A stretch of 64,000 nucleotides of DNA from an uncultured Phycisphaerales bacterium (GCA_963844715.1 CAWJPJ010000007.1:704001-768000); one strand, 5' to 3'; positions 10,847 to 21,712 are shown, numbered from the stretch's first letter. Made by a program: numbers and translations. The notes: generated by a model not told the origin, from the sequence alone.

Positions 10847-11227
10847 ATGATGCGATGGGCGATTTTGTGTTCAATCGTGCTGGGGGTCTGCTCTATCCTT
10901 TCCGCTGCCGGGCCGTCGCCCTATGTTTTAGACGCGCAGGCGACATCTCGCCCGGACGGTAAGATCTCCGTCGTCGCGGTCATTCGCTCCACGTCGCCCG
11001 AGGGGCGCATCGTTCGTGCCCCTCACGTCGAAATCTGGAAGGGCCAGGGCGCTACGATGGAGCAGACCACTTCAACCACTCAGCCTAGCCCCGCGATTCT
11101 CTCCTCCACGAAAATCGAGGTCATCAGCATGACCGGTGAAGACAATGTCGTCGTAATCGCCAGGATCGCAAAAGATGGCCAAACGATCTGGGCCGACGCC
11201 CAAAAGGTCCCTATTTCCGCGCGGTAG
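10847..11227 (+). CDS. Hypothetical secreted protein
   Basis: 126 aa ORF with signal peptide. Confidence 0.55.
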   Translation: MMRWAILCSIVLGVCSILSAAGPSPYVLDAQATSRPDGKISVVAVIRSTSPEGRIVRAPHVEIWKGQGATMEQTTSTTQPSPAILSSTKIEVISMTGEDNVVVIARIAKDGQTIWADAQKVPISAR

Positions 11228-11254
11228 CCAACTCGCGCGGTGGGGCGGGAAACG

Positions 11255-11934
11255 ATGGGTCAATGGCGAGAGCATCTTCGATCCGCGGTTCTTTTCACAG
11301 GCTCATTTCTAATTCTCGCGCTGGGTCTTTACGCGCTGGTCGAGAGATCGATGTCCAGCGATTTGCTTACCGATTCGCTTTTCGCTCTAGTCCTGTCCGT
11401 TCCGGCGGCCGTTATCGCTTTCCCGATTTTGCTCGGGATTGCTATCTTGCTCAGGGGGCTGCTGGAGAAACTGAGTAATCGGCCTCTCCCTCGCCGACTA
11501 TATTTCCCGTGGTCCGTGCCGATTCTATTCGCGTTTGGATGTCTTCTGTGGACCTATGCCGTAGCCCAGTCCGCGGCACGGTATTTCGAGATCGCATGAA
11601 AATGGAACCGCCGGCAAGCATCTCAAACCTGCAAGTATGGTGGGCCACTTTGCCCGGCGATTCGCTCTTTGGCTTTCGATTTCAGATTAAACCCGGAGAT
11701 TTCGTTAAACTGCTCGGCGGGCGCCATTTTGACGTCGTTCCCCACGAACTCATCCCTAGCGAGGTCGAATACAAAGTTCAGAATCTAAGCAGTCTCGGGA
11801 TGCCGCAACCTCTCGCGCCGCTGACGGTCGCGTTCCAGTATTCCGTAGACGGCCCACCCCCCGGACTTCCACACATCGTCGAAATCTTCGCAAACGACGA
11901 TCGCAGCCAGATTGTCGTCTACGGGGATAATTGA
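11255..11934 (+). CDS. Hypothetical membrane protein (ORFs 11255-11599 and 11596-11934; either one frameshifted gene or an ATGA-coupled pair)
   Basis: Three TM segments followed by a soluble domain MKMEPPASISNL. Confidence 0.5.
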
Positions 11935-12020
11935 TTCGCCGGCTGTTGCGGCAACCCGGCCTTAATCATCTCCAAACATTTCTCCGCAAGAATTCCCGCC
12001 CCTTTCCCAAAGGAGAATGA

Positions 12021-13610
12021 ATGAGGCTTGGATCGAGGAAACTGGCGGCTTTCGCAGGCGCGGCGTTGTTGAGTTTTGTTCCGATGGTCGCCTGGGGGCA
12101 ATCTGCCGCTCATGTAATCATCATCTCAATCGACGGGCTGCACCAAGCCGATCTTTCCGATCCGGCTTTGATGGCTGATCTTCCTCGCATCACCGAATTG
12201 CTGAAATCGTCCGTCTCTTATTCCAACGCCGCGACCACCACGCCGTCCGACTCATTCCCGGGCGCTATGGCTTATTTCACGGGCGCTGGTCCGGCGACGA
12301 CCGGCGTTTATTACGACGAAACCTTTTGCCGGTCCCTCATCGCGCCTGGCGGCACCACTTCCAGCCCACTCGGGACCGAAGTCGACAACACCGAAGAATT
12401 GGACAAAGACCCCGACGTTCTCAGCGGCGGCGGCGACAGCGGCGTGCAAAGCATCGACACCTCCAAGCTCCCCATCGATCCTTCGGGCGGCCCGGTCTAT
12501 CCGCACGGTTATTTGAAGGTCAACACGATTTTCGAAGTCGCCCATGCCGCGGGGTTGCGAACCGTGGTTATGGAAAAACATCCTGCCTACGAAATCGCCG
12601 CCGGGCCTTCGGGCAAAGGCGTCGATGATTTCTACTGTCCGGAAATCTCCGCCAAGGCCGCGCTCGTCGATGGAAAGCTCGTCGACAGCGACGGCAGCGT
12701 CCCTGACGGGGAAAAGCTCAAGCAGATCAGCAAGCAGGTTCCGCTCGCGTGCGCGTATGACGACATGCGGATCGCGGCGCTGCTGCGGACGCTCGACGGG
12801 CAAGACACGCGCACGACGACCAAGCCGGGGATCCCGGGCCTGATCGAGATCAATCTTCAGGCCGTCAATGTCGCGGAAAAGAGTAAGCACGGCGGAATCG
12901 AAACAGTGGACGGCAAGGAAACCCCTTCCGACGATATGAACACCGCCTTGGCCCACGTCGATGCCAACATCGGCCAGGTCGTGGATAAGCTCAAAAGCGC
13001 CGGCCTGTGGGACCAGACCCTGCTGGTCGTTACCGCCAAGCATGGGGAAAACCCTCGGGTTGGCACGCTCCGCACCATGGGCGCACCGGTTTATCTCGAT
13101 CCGCTGCGGACCGCGGGCATCACGGTTGGGCATGCCACGGTGGATGATCTGGCGGTGATCTGGCTCAATGATCCGACCCAGGTAGCCAAGGCGGCGGGGA
13201 TTCTTGAAGGAATCAAATCGAGCAACGCCGACGCGGCTATTGACCAAATCCTTTGGGGCGATTCGCTCAAGGCGGCGGGCCTGGCGGGCTCCGCCGATCG
13301 GACGCCGGACCTGATCGTCACGCTTAAGCCGGGCGTTGTCATTGGCGGTAAGCCGAAGCGTTCGGAACACGGCGGATTCTGCGAGGATGATACGCACGTT
13401 CCGCTGATCCTTACCGGCGGCGTAGTCGATCCGAAAAGCCGGGCCACGGTCGTTGACGGACCCGTCAAAACCACGCAAATTGCCGTCACGGTCATCGAGG
13501 CGCTTGGTCTGAACCCGGGCGACTTGCAGGGAGCCCAAATCGACAAGACGCAGGCTCTGCCCAATAGCGGTTTGGAGAATATAGCGGCCGCCAAGGCTTC
13601 GGCGCACTAG
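12021..13610 (+). CDS. Secreted alkaline phosphatase superfamily protein (type I phosphodiesterase/nucleotide pyrophosphatase)
   Basis: IIISIDGLH, PSDSFPG, VVTAKHGE, EHGG, DTHVPL; AGGAG RBS. Confidence 0.88.
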   Translation: MRLGSRKLAAFAGAALLSFVPMVAWGQSAAHVIIISIDGLHQADLSDPALMADLPRITELLKSSVSYSNAATTTPSDSFPGAMAYFTGAGPATTGVYYDETFCRSLIAPGGTTSSPLGTEVDNTEELDKDPDVLSGGGDSGVQSIDTSKLPIDPSGGPVYPHGYLKVNTIFEVAHAAGLRTVVMEKHPAYEIAAGPSGKGVDDFYCPEISAKAALVDGKLVDSDGSVPDGEKLKQISKQVPLACAYDDMRIAALLRTLDGQDTRTTTKPGIPGLIEINLQAVNVAEKSKHGGIETVDGKETPSDDMNTALAHVDANIGQVVDKLKSAGLWDQTLLVVTAKHGENPRVGTLRTMGAPVYLDPLRTAGITVGHATVDDLAVIWLNDPTQVAKAAGILEGIKSSNADAAIDQILWGDSLKAAGLAGSADRTPDLIVTLKPGVVIGGKPKRSEHGGFCEDDTHVPLILTGGVVDPKSRATVVDGPVKTTQIAVTVIEALGLNPGDLQGAQIDKTQALPNSGLENIAAAKASAH

Positions 13611-13614
13611 GCGT

Positions 13615-14487
13615 TTAACCGGCGGCGACCAAACCGAATCGCACATGCACGCGGCGCTCGATCGGCGCGAAGATGAGCCGATCCGCGAGCATGCCGATCA
13701 CGACCATGACGATCATGATGGCCACAACTTGCGCCACGTCGGAAAAATCCTCGCCGGTGCGCAGAAGAAATCCGAGCCCGTGACGATCTGCCGCGAGGAT
13801 CAGTTCGGCCCCCATGAGAGACCGCCAGGCAAAGGTAAACCCCTGCCGGAGGCTGCTTGCCAGCGCCGGCAAACCCGCCGGCAATAGCACATACCGATAA
13901 AGCCGCCACCGCCGCGCCCCCAGCATCAATCCCGCCAGGCGAAACAGCGGCGAAGTATTTTTCAGCCCGTCGCGCATGGAAATTGATATTCCAAACGCGC
14001 TCCCCATCACCAGCACGAAAAGAATTCCCGTCTCGTTGAGCCCAAAGAGCAGCACCGCCAGCGGCACCCAGCAGACACTGGGCAAAGTTTGTAAACCCAG
14101 AAACGCCGGGCCCAGAAAATCGTTCAACCGTTTCGACCGCCACATCGCGGCGCCCAGAAAGGTGCCGACGACGACGCTGATGCTGAATCCGACGATTAGC
14201 CGGATCGCGCTGACCAGGTTCGCCGAGATCAGCGGCGCGTGGACGATGCGATTCCAGGAAAAGACGCTCTGGGGTCCCGGCGGGAGCGGCCAGCCGCGAT
14301 GCAGCGGGGCGCCAAAATCCGTCGAGATTCCCAGCATATCCAGCAGCGAATCGACGATATGGCTTGGCGCCGGAAAAATGAACGGACGCCACTGAAAAAT
14401 CCTATATGCCGCTTCCCATATCGCCAGCAACGCTGCCCAGATCAGCAATCTTTTGAGGCTGCCACGAATCTTCGGCCGCCAGGGCAT
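13615..14487 (-). CDS. ABC transporter permease, sulfonate/nitrate/taurine type (SsuC-like)
   Basis: FPAPS, LQTLPSVCWVPL, MLGA, FAWRSLMGAEL. Confidence 0.9.
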   Translation of the reverse strand: MPWRPKIRGSLKRLLIWAALLAIWEAAYRIFQWRPFIFPAPSHIVDSLLDMLGISTDFGAPLHRGWPLPPGPQSVFSWNRIVHAPLISANLVSAIRLIVGFSISVVVGTFLGAAMWRSKRLNDFLGPAFLGLQTLPSVCWVPLAVLLFGLNETGILFVLVMGSAFGISISMRDGLKNTSPLFRLAGLMLGARRWRLYRYVLLPAGLPALASSLRQGFTFAWRSLMGAELILAADRHGLGFLLRTGEDFSDVAQVVAIMIVMVVIGMLADRLIFAPIERRVHVRFGLVAAG

Positions 14488-15274
14488 TGACACGATTGAC
14501 CTCATCCTCAATTTCTTTTCGAACCTGTTTCGCCAGTTCGTTGATGTCCGGGCTATCGAACATGCGCGGATGCGGGAGCTGCACGTCGATGATCTTGCGT
14601 ATCCCGCGCCCGTGGGCGCTCAGCACGATCACGCGATCGGCCAAACGCACGGCCTCGCCGACCGAGTGGGTCACGAACAATACCGTTTTTCGCGTCTGGC
14701 ACCAGAGGAGTTGCAACTGATGATGCAGCAGGGTCCGCGTCTGGGCGTCCAGCGCCGCGAACGGCTCGTCCATCAGCAAAACCGCCGGATTCATCACCAG
14801 AGCCCGCGCGATGGCGACCCGCTGGCGCATTCCGCCGGAAAGCTCGTGCACCAGTTTTTTTTCGCTTCCGCCCAGGTGCACCATCTTCAGCGCCGCCGCG
14901 GCCCGCTCCGTCCGCTCGTTTGCGCCGACGCCCTTCATCTTCAGCCCGAACTCGACGTTTTGCATCGCCGTCAGCCAGGGGAACAGACCGTGATCCTGAA
15001 AGACCATCGCCCGGTCGGGGCCGGGATGGCGAATGAGTTTGCCGTCCAGCGTGGCGGTTCCGCTATCGGGCCGGGTCATTCCCGCGGCGATGTTCAGCAG
15101 CGTCGTCTTCCCGCAACCGCTGGGGCCGACGACCACGACGAATTCCCCCGGGTCCGTCTTCAGTGAGAAATCGCGAAGCGTGTGCGCGGAAGAATTGACG
15201 AATCGCTTGCTGATTCCATCCAGAACCAACCTGCCGACCGTCGGCGGAGCGGCCGTCGCCTGCGCGTTGGACAT
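14402..15274 (-). CDS. ABC transporter ATP-binding protein (SsuB/TauB-like)
   Basis: GPSGCGKTT, LSGGMRQR, LLMDEPFAALD, FVTH. Confidence 0.93.
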   Translation of the reverse strand: MSNAQATAAPPTVGRLVLDGISKRFVNSSAHTLRDFSLKTDPGEFVVVVGPSGCGKTTLLNIAAGMTRPDSGTATLDGKLIRHPGPDRAMVFQDHGLFPWLTAMQNVEFGLKMKGVGANERTERAAAALKMVHLGGSEKKLVHELSGGMRQRVAIARALVMNPAVLLMDEPFAALDAQTRTLLHHQLQLLWCQTRKTVLFVTHSVGEAVRLADRVIVLSAHGRGIRKIIDVQLPHPRMFDSPDINELAKQVRKEIEDEVNRVNALAAEDSWQPQKIADLGSVAGDMGSGI

Positions 15275-15287
15275 TGGATCGTGCTCC

Positions 15288-16365
15288 CTATGGTGCGGTC
15301 GCCGGCGCCGCGCCGGCGATCTGGCGCATGATACCAGTTTCAAACAGCCCCGTCAGGTCGGGGGCGCCGCGGACGATATTCAAATCCGCCGCCCATTCAC
15401 CCATCGTCGCAAACGTGTCCGGAAGCGGATCGTCCGTGAATTGCGTCCGGCTCAGACTGTCCGCGAGCACTTTCGAGGACATCTTCTTTCCCCCCGATAG
15501 AGCCGAGAGCGCATCGCCCAACTGGCCCGCATAATTCTGCGGATTATTCTGCAATCGCGTTGTCCACTGATGATGCACGGCGAGCACCTTCGCGATGGCG
15601 TCCGGATGAGCCGCGAGAAATTGCGGCGTGGTCACGACCACCGTCAGCGAGAATTGCTTGTTCGGCCAAAAATCCTTCTCCTCGGCGACCAGCACCGCGT
15701 TGTCCCGTTCGATGAGAATTTCTCCCCACGGCTCCGGCACCCATGCCGCGTCGATCTTCCCCCGCGCCATCAGTCCGGCCTGCTGGGAATTCGGCACCGG
15801 CACGACGTTGTCGGAGTCCGATTGCCCAAGCACGCTGGTCACGTAATGTCGAGCCGAGACATCTTGGGTATTGCCGATCTGCGGGGTGGCGATGCGCTTC
15901 CCTTTCAAATCCGCCGGTGTCGAAATCCCGGCGTCTTTGCGGGCGACGATGAGCACGCCGTTCGCCGCCGCACCCGCGATGACGCGCACCGCCTGGCCAT
16001 TGCTATGCGCCTGCGCTCAGCACCGGCCCGGGCCCGACATAACCGATATCGATCTCACCGGCATTCAGCGCCTGAATCAATTCGGGTCCGGCGTTGAACA
16101 CCTTGGTCTTCAATTGCACCGGCCCCAGCGCCGTCTGCAAATCTCCCGATGCCACTTCCAAGACCGCCTGGGCGTGCGTCACGTTCGCAAAATATCCGAG
16201 GCGAAGCTCCGTGAGCGGCGGGGGGGGTGCCGGCTCGCTCGATTTCCCGCACCCGCTGATTAAAACTCCGATCGTCACGACGAACGAAGAGAACACGCTC
16301 ACCCTGACCCACTTCCAGAAACCCGGAAGAGGGCGATTATTTTCTTTCATTTTCCTGGCTTTCAT
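15288..16365 (-). CDS. ABC substrate-binding lipoprotein, aliphatic-sulfonate type (SsuA-like); frameshift near 16005
   Basis: LISGC lipobox, [41 protein letters not shown] overlaps the fabF TGA. Confidence 0.88.
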
Positions 16366-17645
16366 CTGAATCTCCGCACGATCAACGTATCGTTCTGCCC
16401 CCCGAACCCGAAGCTGTTCGACATGGCCACATCCACTTTCGCCGCACGAGCCTGATTCGGGACATAATCCAAATCGCATTCCGGATCGGGATTTTCCAAA
16501 TTCATGGTCGGCGGGAGCATGTGGTCCCGTATGGCTAAGACGCAACATATCAATTCCACCGCGCCGGCCGCCGCGATCAGGTGCCCCATCATGCTCTTGA
16601 TGCTACTCACCGGGCATCCGCGCGTTGTCCTTGAACACCGCCTTGATCGCCCCGGTTTCGTTGCCGTCATTTTCGCGCGTTCCCGTCCCGTGTGCGTTGA
16701 TGTACTGAATGTCCTTCGGCGAAAGCCCGGCGTCCGCCAGCGCCTCGGTCATGGCGCCGATGGCGCCTTCGCCTTCGGGGTGCTGATCGGTGATGCGGAA
16801 CGCGTCCGCCGTCGAACCATACCCGACGACCTCGGCAAGGATTTTCGCCCCTCGCTCCTGCGCATGCTCGAGCGTTTCCAGAATGACCATCCCCGCCCCC
16901 TCGCCCAGGACAAACCCGCCGCGCTGTGCGTCAAAAGGCCGGCTCGCGCGCGGCGGATTTTCGTTCGCCGTTGACAACGCCGTGAGCCGGATGAACCCGG
17001 TCACGCCGAGCGGATGGATCATGCTATGCGCACCGCCGCCGATCATGACGTCCGCATCGCCGCGGCGCAGTATTTCGGTCGCTTCGCCAATTGCTTGCGT
17101 GCTGGCCGCGCACGCCGTCAGGCAGTTAAACGCCGGGCCGCGCGCCCCCGTCAGACAGCGCCAGATGCGAAAGCGGCATATTCGGCTCCTGCTCCAATTC
17201 CCTGACCCTATTCATGCGCTCGAACGCCACTTCAGTCCATTTCACCGCATCCAGCGAAGCCGCCTGCGGATTCCAGCCGGAAAGAATCGCGCCGAATAGG
17301 CCTCGAAATCCAGCGATCCTTCGCCGCTGCCGAGATAAATCCCGACGCGATCGAGATCCATCTTCGCCGCGTCCAATCCCGCCGCTTTCCAAGCCTCGCG
17401 CACGCCCCGAGCGCAAATTGCGTGTTTCGGCCAACCCCCGCGTGCGGGCCGGCCATGCCGATGAAATCCTCCATTCGGTAATCTTTCACTTCCGCGGAAA
17501 TGCTGGTCGAAAATGTTCCCGCCTCGAAAATCGTCGTGCGCGATATCCCGGACTCGCCGGCGAGCAGCCGCTTCCACACGCTCTCGATGGAATGCCCCAT
17601 CGGCGTGACCCAGCCCATTCCCGTGATGACCACTCGCTTCCTCAT
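16362..17645 (-). CDS. Beta-ketoacyl-ACP synthase (FabF-like), catalytically intact; several frameshifts
   Basis: [15 protein letters not shown] (Cys), YINAHGTGT (His), KSMMGHL (His), NSFGFGGQN. Confidence 0.9.
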
Positions 17646-18951
17646 GAGCCAACTTTCCTGAAAACCAGCGCGGCATTCTGCCCGCCGAGGCTATACACAC
17701 TAGTCAGCGCCACGCCGATTTTTCCATCGCGGGTCTCCCGCGCAACATTCAGCTTCCCGCCGTCAACAATCTTTCGCGTGTTCACGCCCGGCGGAATCTT
17801 CCCGTGATAGAGAGCCAGCACCGCGCTGGCGGCATCCACACCGCTTCCCGCCGCCAGGCTGCCGATTTGTGCCTTGATCGGCGAAACCGGGACCTTTTCC
17901 GCGGCGGTTCCGAGTGCCGCTCGAATTCCCGCCAGTTCCGCCTTGTCGTGGGATGCGATGCCCAATCCGTTCGGCACCAGCACGCCCACATCTTCGGCTG
18001 ACACAGCGGCCTCTTTGAGCGCGTTGCGGATCGCCTGGGCATAACTATGCCCGCTCGGTTCGGGGTCGGCGATCTTGTAGCTGTCCTGGCTGGCCGCGAA
18101 TCCGGTCAGTTCGGCGTAAATCTTCGCCCCGCGCTTCTTGGCGCGCTCGAATTCCTCCAGGACGAGCAATCCGCCCCCTTCACCCAGCGCCGTCCCCTCC
18201 GCATCCGAGTCAAACGGGCGAACTGCCTCGGCGGGCGTTTCATTGCTGCTGCGATTCAAACGTTCCAGCAGCGTCTGCCGGAGTATTCCCATCGGATTGA
18301 TTTTGCATTCCGCGCCGCCGCAGATCGCCAGATCGGCCTTGCCGCGCTGGATGGTCCGGAACGCCTCGCCGATCGCCAGATGGCTGCTGGCATCCGCGCA
18401 GGTGATCGTATTACTCGGCCCCTTAAGCTGATGAATGATTGTCACATGGCACGCCAGCATGTTCGGCAAATACTTGAGCAGCCACAGCGGCGTAAGCTGC
18501 GTCATCCCCTCGATGCCCCATTGGGCCATATCCAGCCGATTCGGCTCGGCCGCCGTCCGCGACGTATTCATCGCCGCGCCCAGTTCATCAAGCTCGCGCT
18601 GACCAGCCCCGCCCCGATATTGCACCCAAATCTTTTACCGTCGAAGTTCGGCGTCTCGGTATACGCCTGCGATTTCAATCCCGAATCCTTGAACGCATCG
18701 TCCGCCGCGACGACGGCCAATTCGATATCCCGCGCCATCACCTTGGTGGCTTTGCGATAGGTCTTTGGGACGTAATCGCCGATTTTGTAAGCCGGCGCCT
18801 CGCCGCCGACCTGGCAGGGGAACCCCGCCGGATCGAACAGGCTCAATCGCCGAATGCCGATCTGCCCCGCGCACAGGGCATTCCAATGGGCGACGCCGCC
18901 GATTCCGATCGGCGAGACGATTCCGACTCCCGTGACTACAACTCTTCGCAT
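17642..18951 (-). CDS. Ketosynthase-like protein lacking the catalytic triad (chain-length-factor-like); frameshift near 18600
   Basis: KS fold (RVVVTGVG, RPFD, GEGGG) but TCADASS, PNGLG and QIGSL at the Cys/His/His positions. Confidence 0.85.
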
Positions 18952-19447
18952 CTAAAGGGATATGTTCGCCCCGAGTCGGTAAGTCTTCAATAGCTCGGTA
19001 AATTGCGGCGTGAAAACGAAGTTATGCTCGGGAAATTCCATCCCGGCAAGATTCTGATCGATATGGCTGAACATCAACTCGATTTCCGCGACCACTGGGG
19101 CGTCAGCCTCGATTCCCACCGTGACTTTTCCGCTGACGGAGGCTCCGTCCTCGGAAAGCTGCTCGATTTTAGCCGAATAAACCAGCGTCTCCCCCGGCCG
19201 CGCCAGCCGATGGAATGTCGCACGGCCGATCTTCGCGAGGATCACTTTTTCAGAAAAATCCGCGCTTCGCCGACCAGAATCCCCGCCGTCTGCGCCATCC
19301 CCTCGATGATCAGGCTCGCCGGCATGATCGGAAACGCCGGATAGAGATCGTGCAGATAATCCTCGGCCAGCGAAATGTTCTTGATCGCGACCGCCGATAG
19401 TCTGCTTTGAAACTCGACGAATTTGTCGATCCAGATCCAGCGCGCAT
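18952..19447 (-). CDS. 3-hydroxyacyl-ACP dehydratase (FabZ/FabA-like); frameshift near 19265
   Basis: MRWIWIDKF, KNISLAEDYLHD, FPIMPASLIIEGMAQ, ARPGETL. Confidence 0.85.
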
Positions 19448-19448
19448 A

Positions 19449-19862
19449 TCACCCGAGCTTGGATTGGACGTAATTCACGACCGTCTGCACGTTCAGCAAA
19501 TCCTGGGCGGCCTGGATGGTCGGGTTCTTGTCGAACGCCGTGAAATCCGCGAACGGCATGCGCTTTTTCAATTCCGCGATTCCCAGCGGCGTGATCTTCC
19601 CGTCCATCACGAATTTCTCGTCCGCCATCATGGCCGGCAGATTTTCGGGAAACAGCTCCCCGCGGGGAATCTTGAACGGCTTGGCCGGGTCGGTCGTAAA
19701 CGCTTTTTCGAGCCGGAACACAATGTCCAGAAAGTCGATGCTCTCCGCCCCCAGGTCTTCCCGCAGCGTCGCGTCCGGCGTCACTTCATCGGCATCCGCG
19801 CCCAGCACATCCTCCAGAACGCCCTGAACTTTTTTAAAGATTTCTTCTTTGCTCAGTGCCAT
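19449..19862 (-). CDS. Atypical long acyl carrier protein (AcpXL-like, with insertion)
   Basis: DLGAESIDFLDIVFRLEKAF phosphopantetheine motif; 137 aa. Confidence 0.9.
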   Translation of the reverse strand: MALSKEEIFKKVQGVLEDVLGADADEVTPDATLREDLGAESIDFLDIVFRLEKAFTTDPAKPFKIPRGELFPENLPAMMADEKFVMDGKITPLGIAELKKRMPFADFTAFDKNPTIQAAQDLLNVQTVVNYVQSKLG

Positions 19863-19875
19863 GAAAATTCCTCTT

Positions 19876-20361
19876 TCAAGAAAGCCCCGAAACATTCCCG
19901 TGCGTCAGCAGCGCCCAGCGGTGTTGTGTGTGTTCGATCAGATTCCGGTCGATCCCCGCCAGTTCCGCCTGTTTGTCGGCCAGATTGAAATACGCCAGCT
20001 CGACGCGCACCGTGACCGCCGTTTTATCGTTGAGGGTCGCCGACGCCTTGAACGTCGCGCCGTCGTCGGTCATTTTTGCCAGTTCGACTTCCACGCGCAG
20101 CACGTTTCCCGGGGCTACGAACGCGCCGTATTTCACGTTTCGCGCTTCCTTGAGGACCGCCATCGACTTGGAAAACCCCTGCCGCCGCTGAAGCAGCCAA
20201 CCCGCCGCCTGCGTGATGGCCTCGAGCATGAGCACGCCGGGCAGCACCGGAAAGGTCGGAAAATGATCCGCGAGATACTCCTCGGCGAGGCTCACGTGCT
20301 TCAGCGCCACCAGCTTCGTGTCCGACACCGATTCGATTTTGTCGATGAGATTGAATTTCAC
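19876..20361 (-). CDS. 3-hydroxyacyl-ACP dehydratase (FabZ-like)
   Basis: LIDKI, EYLADHFPTFPVLPGVLMLEA, VAPG. Confidence 0.9.
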   Translation of the reverse strand: MKFNLIDKIESVSDTKLVALKHVSLAEEYLADHFPTFPVLPGVLMLEAITQAAGWLLQRRQGFSKSMAVLKEARNVKYGAFVAPGNVLRVEVELAKMTDDGATFKASATLNDKTAVTVRVELAYFNLADKQAELAGIDRNLIEHTQHRWALLTHGNVSGLS

Positions 20362-20438
20362 AAAAAAGGCCCGCGATTCCGTGCGTCAACCAAGCGGCGT
20401 TGTATCGGTGACCCGCCCCCATTGCAAGGCCGAGAGAC

Positions 20439-20816
20439 TCACGGAGCATCGCTAAATTGGGCATGTACGGCTGAATTGTCGCTCAGCCGAACCCAACCGA
20501 TCGCGCGCGATTCCAGCGCACGAAGAGGCGATGGGCGCGTCGTCGCGCTGGGTTTGAAGATCAATCCATGATCCGAATTCACCCCCGGATCGAAACCCGC
20601 CAATCCCCCGCTGCCCAGGAGAGAGCCGCCGTCCCACGTCACGGCCAAGTCCCGGTCCAAATCCACATCCGAATGCGTCGGATTCACCAGATCGATTTCC
20701 GTCAATTGCGGCTCAACGGTTCGCAATTCGATAAACAACTGGCTTCGCTTGCGGAAATGGAGAACAATTCCCGCCGCCAGCAGCGCCGCCACCATCGCGG
20801 CAAACCAATACGCCAT
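20439..20816 (-). CDS. Hypothetical membrane-anchored protein
   Basis: N-terminal TM helix in ORF 20439-20969. Confidence 0.5.
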   Translation of the reverse strand: MAYWFAAMVAALLAAGIVLHFRKRSQLFIELRTVEPQLTEIDLVNPTHSDVDLDRDLAVTWDGGSLLGSGGLAGFDPGVNSDHGLIFKPSATTRPSPLRALESRAIGWVRLSDNSAVHAQFSDAP

Positions 20817-20848
20817 CCATTTTTGTGAAAATTTCACGGGTCGTTGAA

Positions 20849-21643
20849 TTACGACGAGAAGAATTTCTTGATGGTTTGAACCGTCGCCTGCCTCTGCACC
20901 GTGGCGATGCTTTCCAGAAGCGGAATCTCCTTGGGGCAGACCTGCACGCAGTTGCCAGCCTTTCCGCAATCGGCGACGCCGCCTTCTTCCATGAGCGTAT
21001 CCAGCCGTTCCGATTTCAGCGCTTTGCCGCTCGGGTGCTCATTGAAAAGCCGCGCCTGGCTGATCACCGCCGCGCCGACAAAATGATTCACCGGCGTGTA
21101 TTGCGGGCACGCCTCCAGGCAGCATCCGCAACTGATGCAGCGCGACAGCGGATAGACCTGCTCCTGTTTCGCCTGGGAAATTTTCGGCCCCGGACCGAGA
21201 TCGTAGGTCCCGTCGATCGGCACCCAGGCCCGAATCTTTTTCAAATCGTTGAACAACCGTTGCCGATCCACGAACAAATCTCGCACCAGCGGGAATTTCT
21301 TCATCGGCTCCAGGGTGATTGGATCGCTCGACCGTCCAATTTTGTCCACCAGCGCCGAGCAGGCCTGCCTCACCCGCCCGTTGACCACCATCGTGCACGC
21401 CCCGCACACTTCTTCCAGGCACCCGCTGTCCCAAACCGGAGGCGTGGTCGCCGTTCCGTTCGTTGTCGTCGGATACGCCGCGATGTGCTGCAAGCACGAA
21501 ATGACGTTCGCATTGGGCCGATAAGGAACCGCGAATTCTTCCCAGCGCGAGGGTTTGTCGGGTGCATCCTGCCGCCGAATCCGGATGATCACCTTCCGAT
21601 CACTTTCCGGCGCTGCGGAAGCTCCTGGTGGGGCGGGACTCAT
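20849..21643 (-). CDS. sdhB: Succinate dehydrogenase iron-sulfur subunit
   Basis: CLEEVCGAC...RQAC, CISCGCCLEACP, CGKAGNCVQVCPK. Confidence 0.95.
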   Translation of the reverse strand: MSPAPPGASAAPESDRKVIIRIRRQDAPDKPSRWEEFAVPYRPNANVISCLQHIAAYPTTTNGTATTPPVWDSGCLEEVCGACTMVVNGRVRQACSALVDKIGRSSDPITLEPMKKFPLVRDLFVDRQRLFNDLKKIRAWVPIDGTYDLGPGPKISQAKQEQVYPLSRCISCGCCLEACPQYTPVNHFVGAAVISQARLFNEHPSGKALKSERLDTLMEEGGVADCGKAGNCVQVCPKEIPLLESIATVQRQATVQTIKKFFSS

Positions 21644-21712
21644 CGGCAAAACTCTATGGATCAAACCCCCGCATGGCAAGACCAGCACCCCAACTTCCGA
21701 TATATACTGGCC

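Noticed and set aside
12252..13646. Long antisense ORFs (e.g. 12252-13646, 25770-26870, 33211-34323, 1207-2097)
   Set aside because: Stop-poor shadows expected opposite GC-rich genes; no recognisable motifs.
20825..21712. N-terminal 296 aa of ORF 20825-22411
   Set aside because: Antisense shadow of sdhB; the real gene starts at 21713 with a lipoprotein signal.
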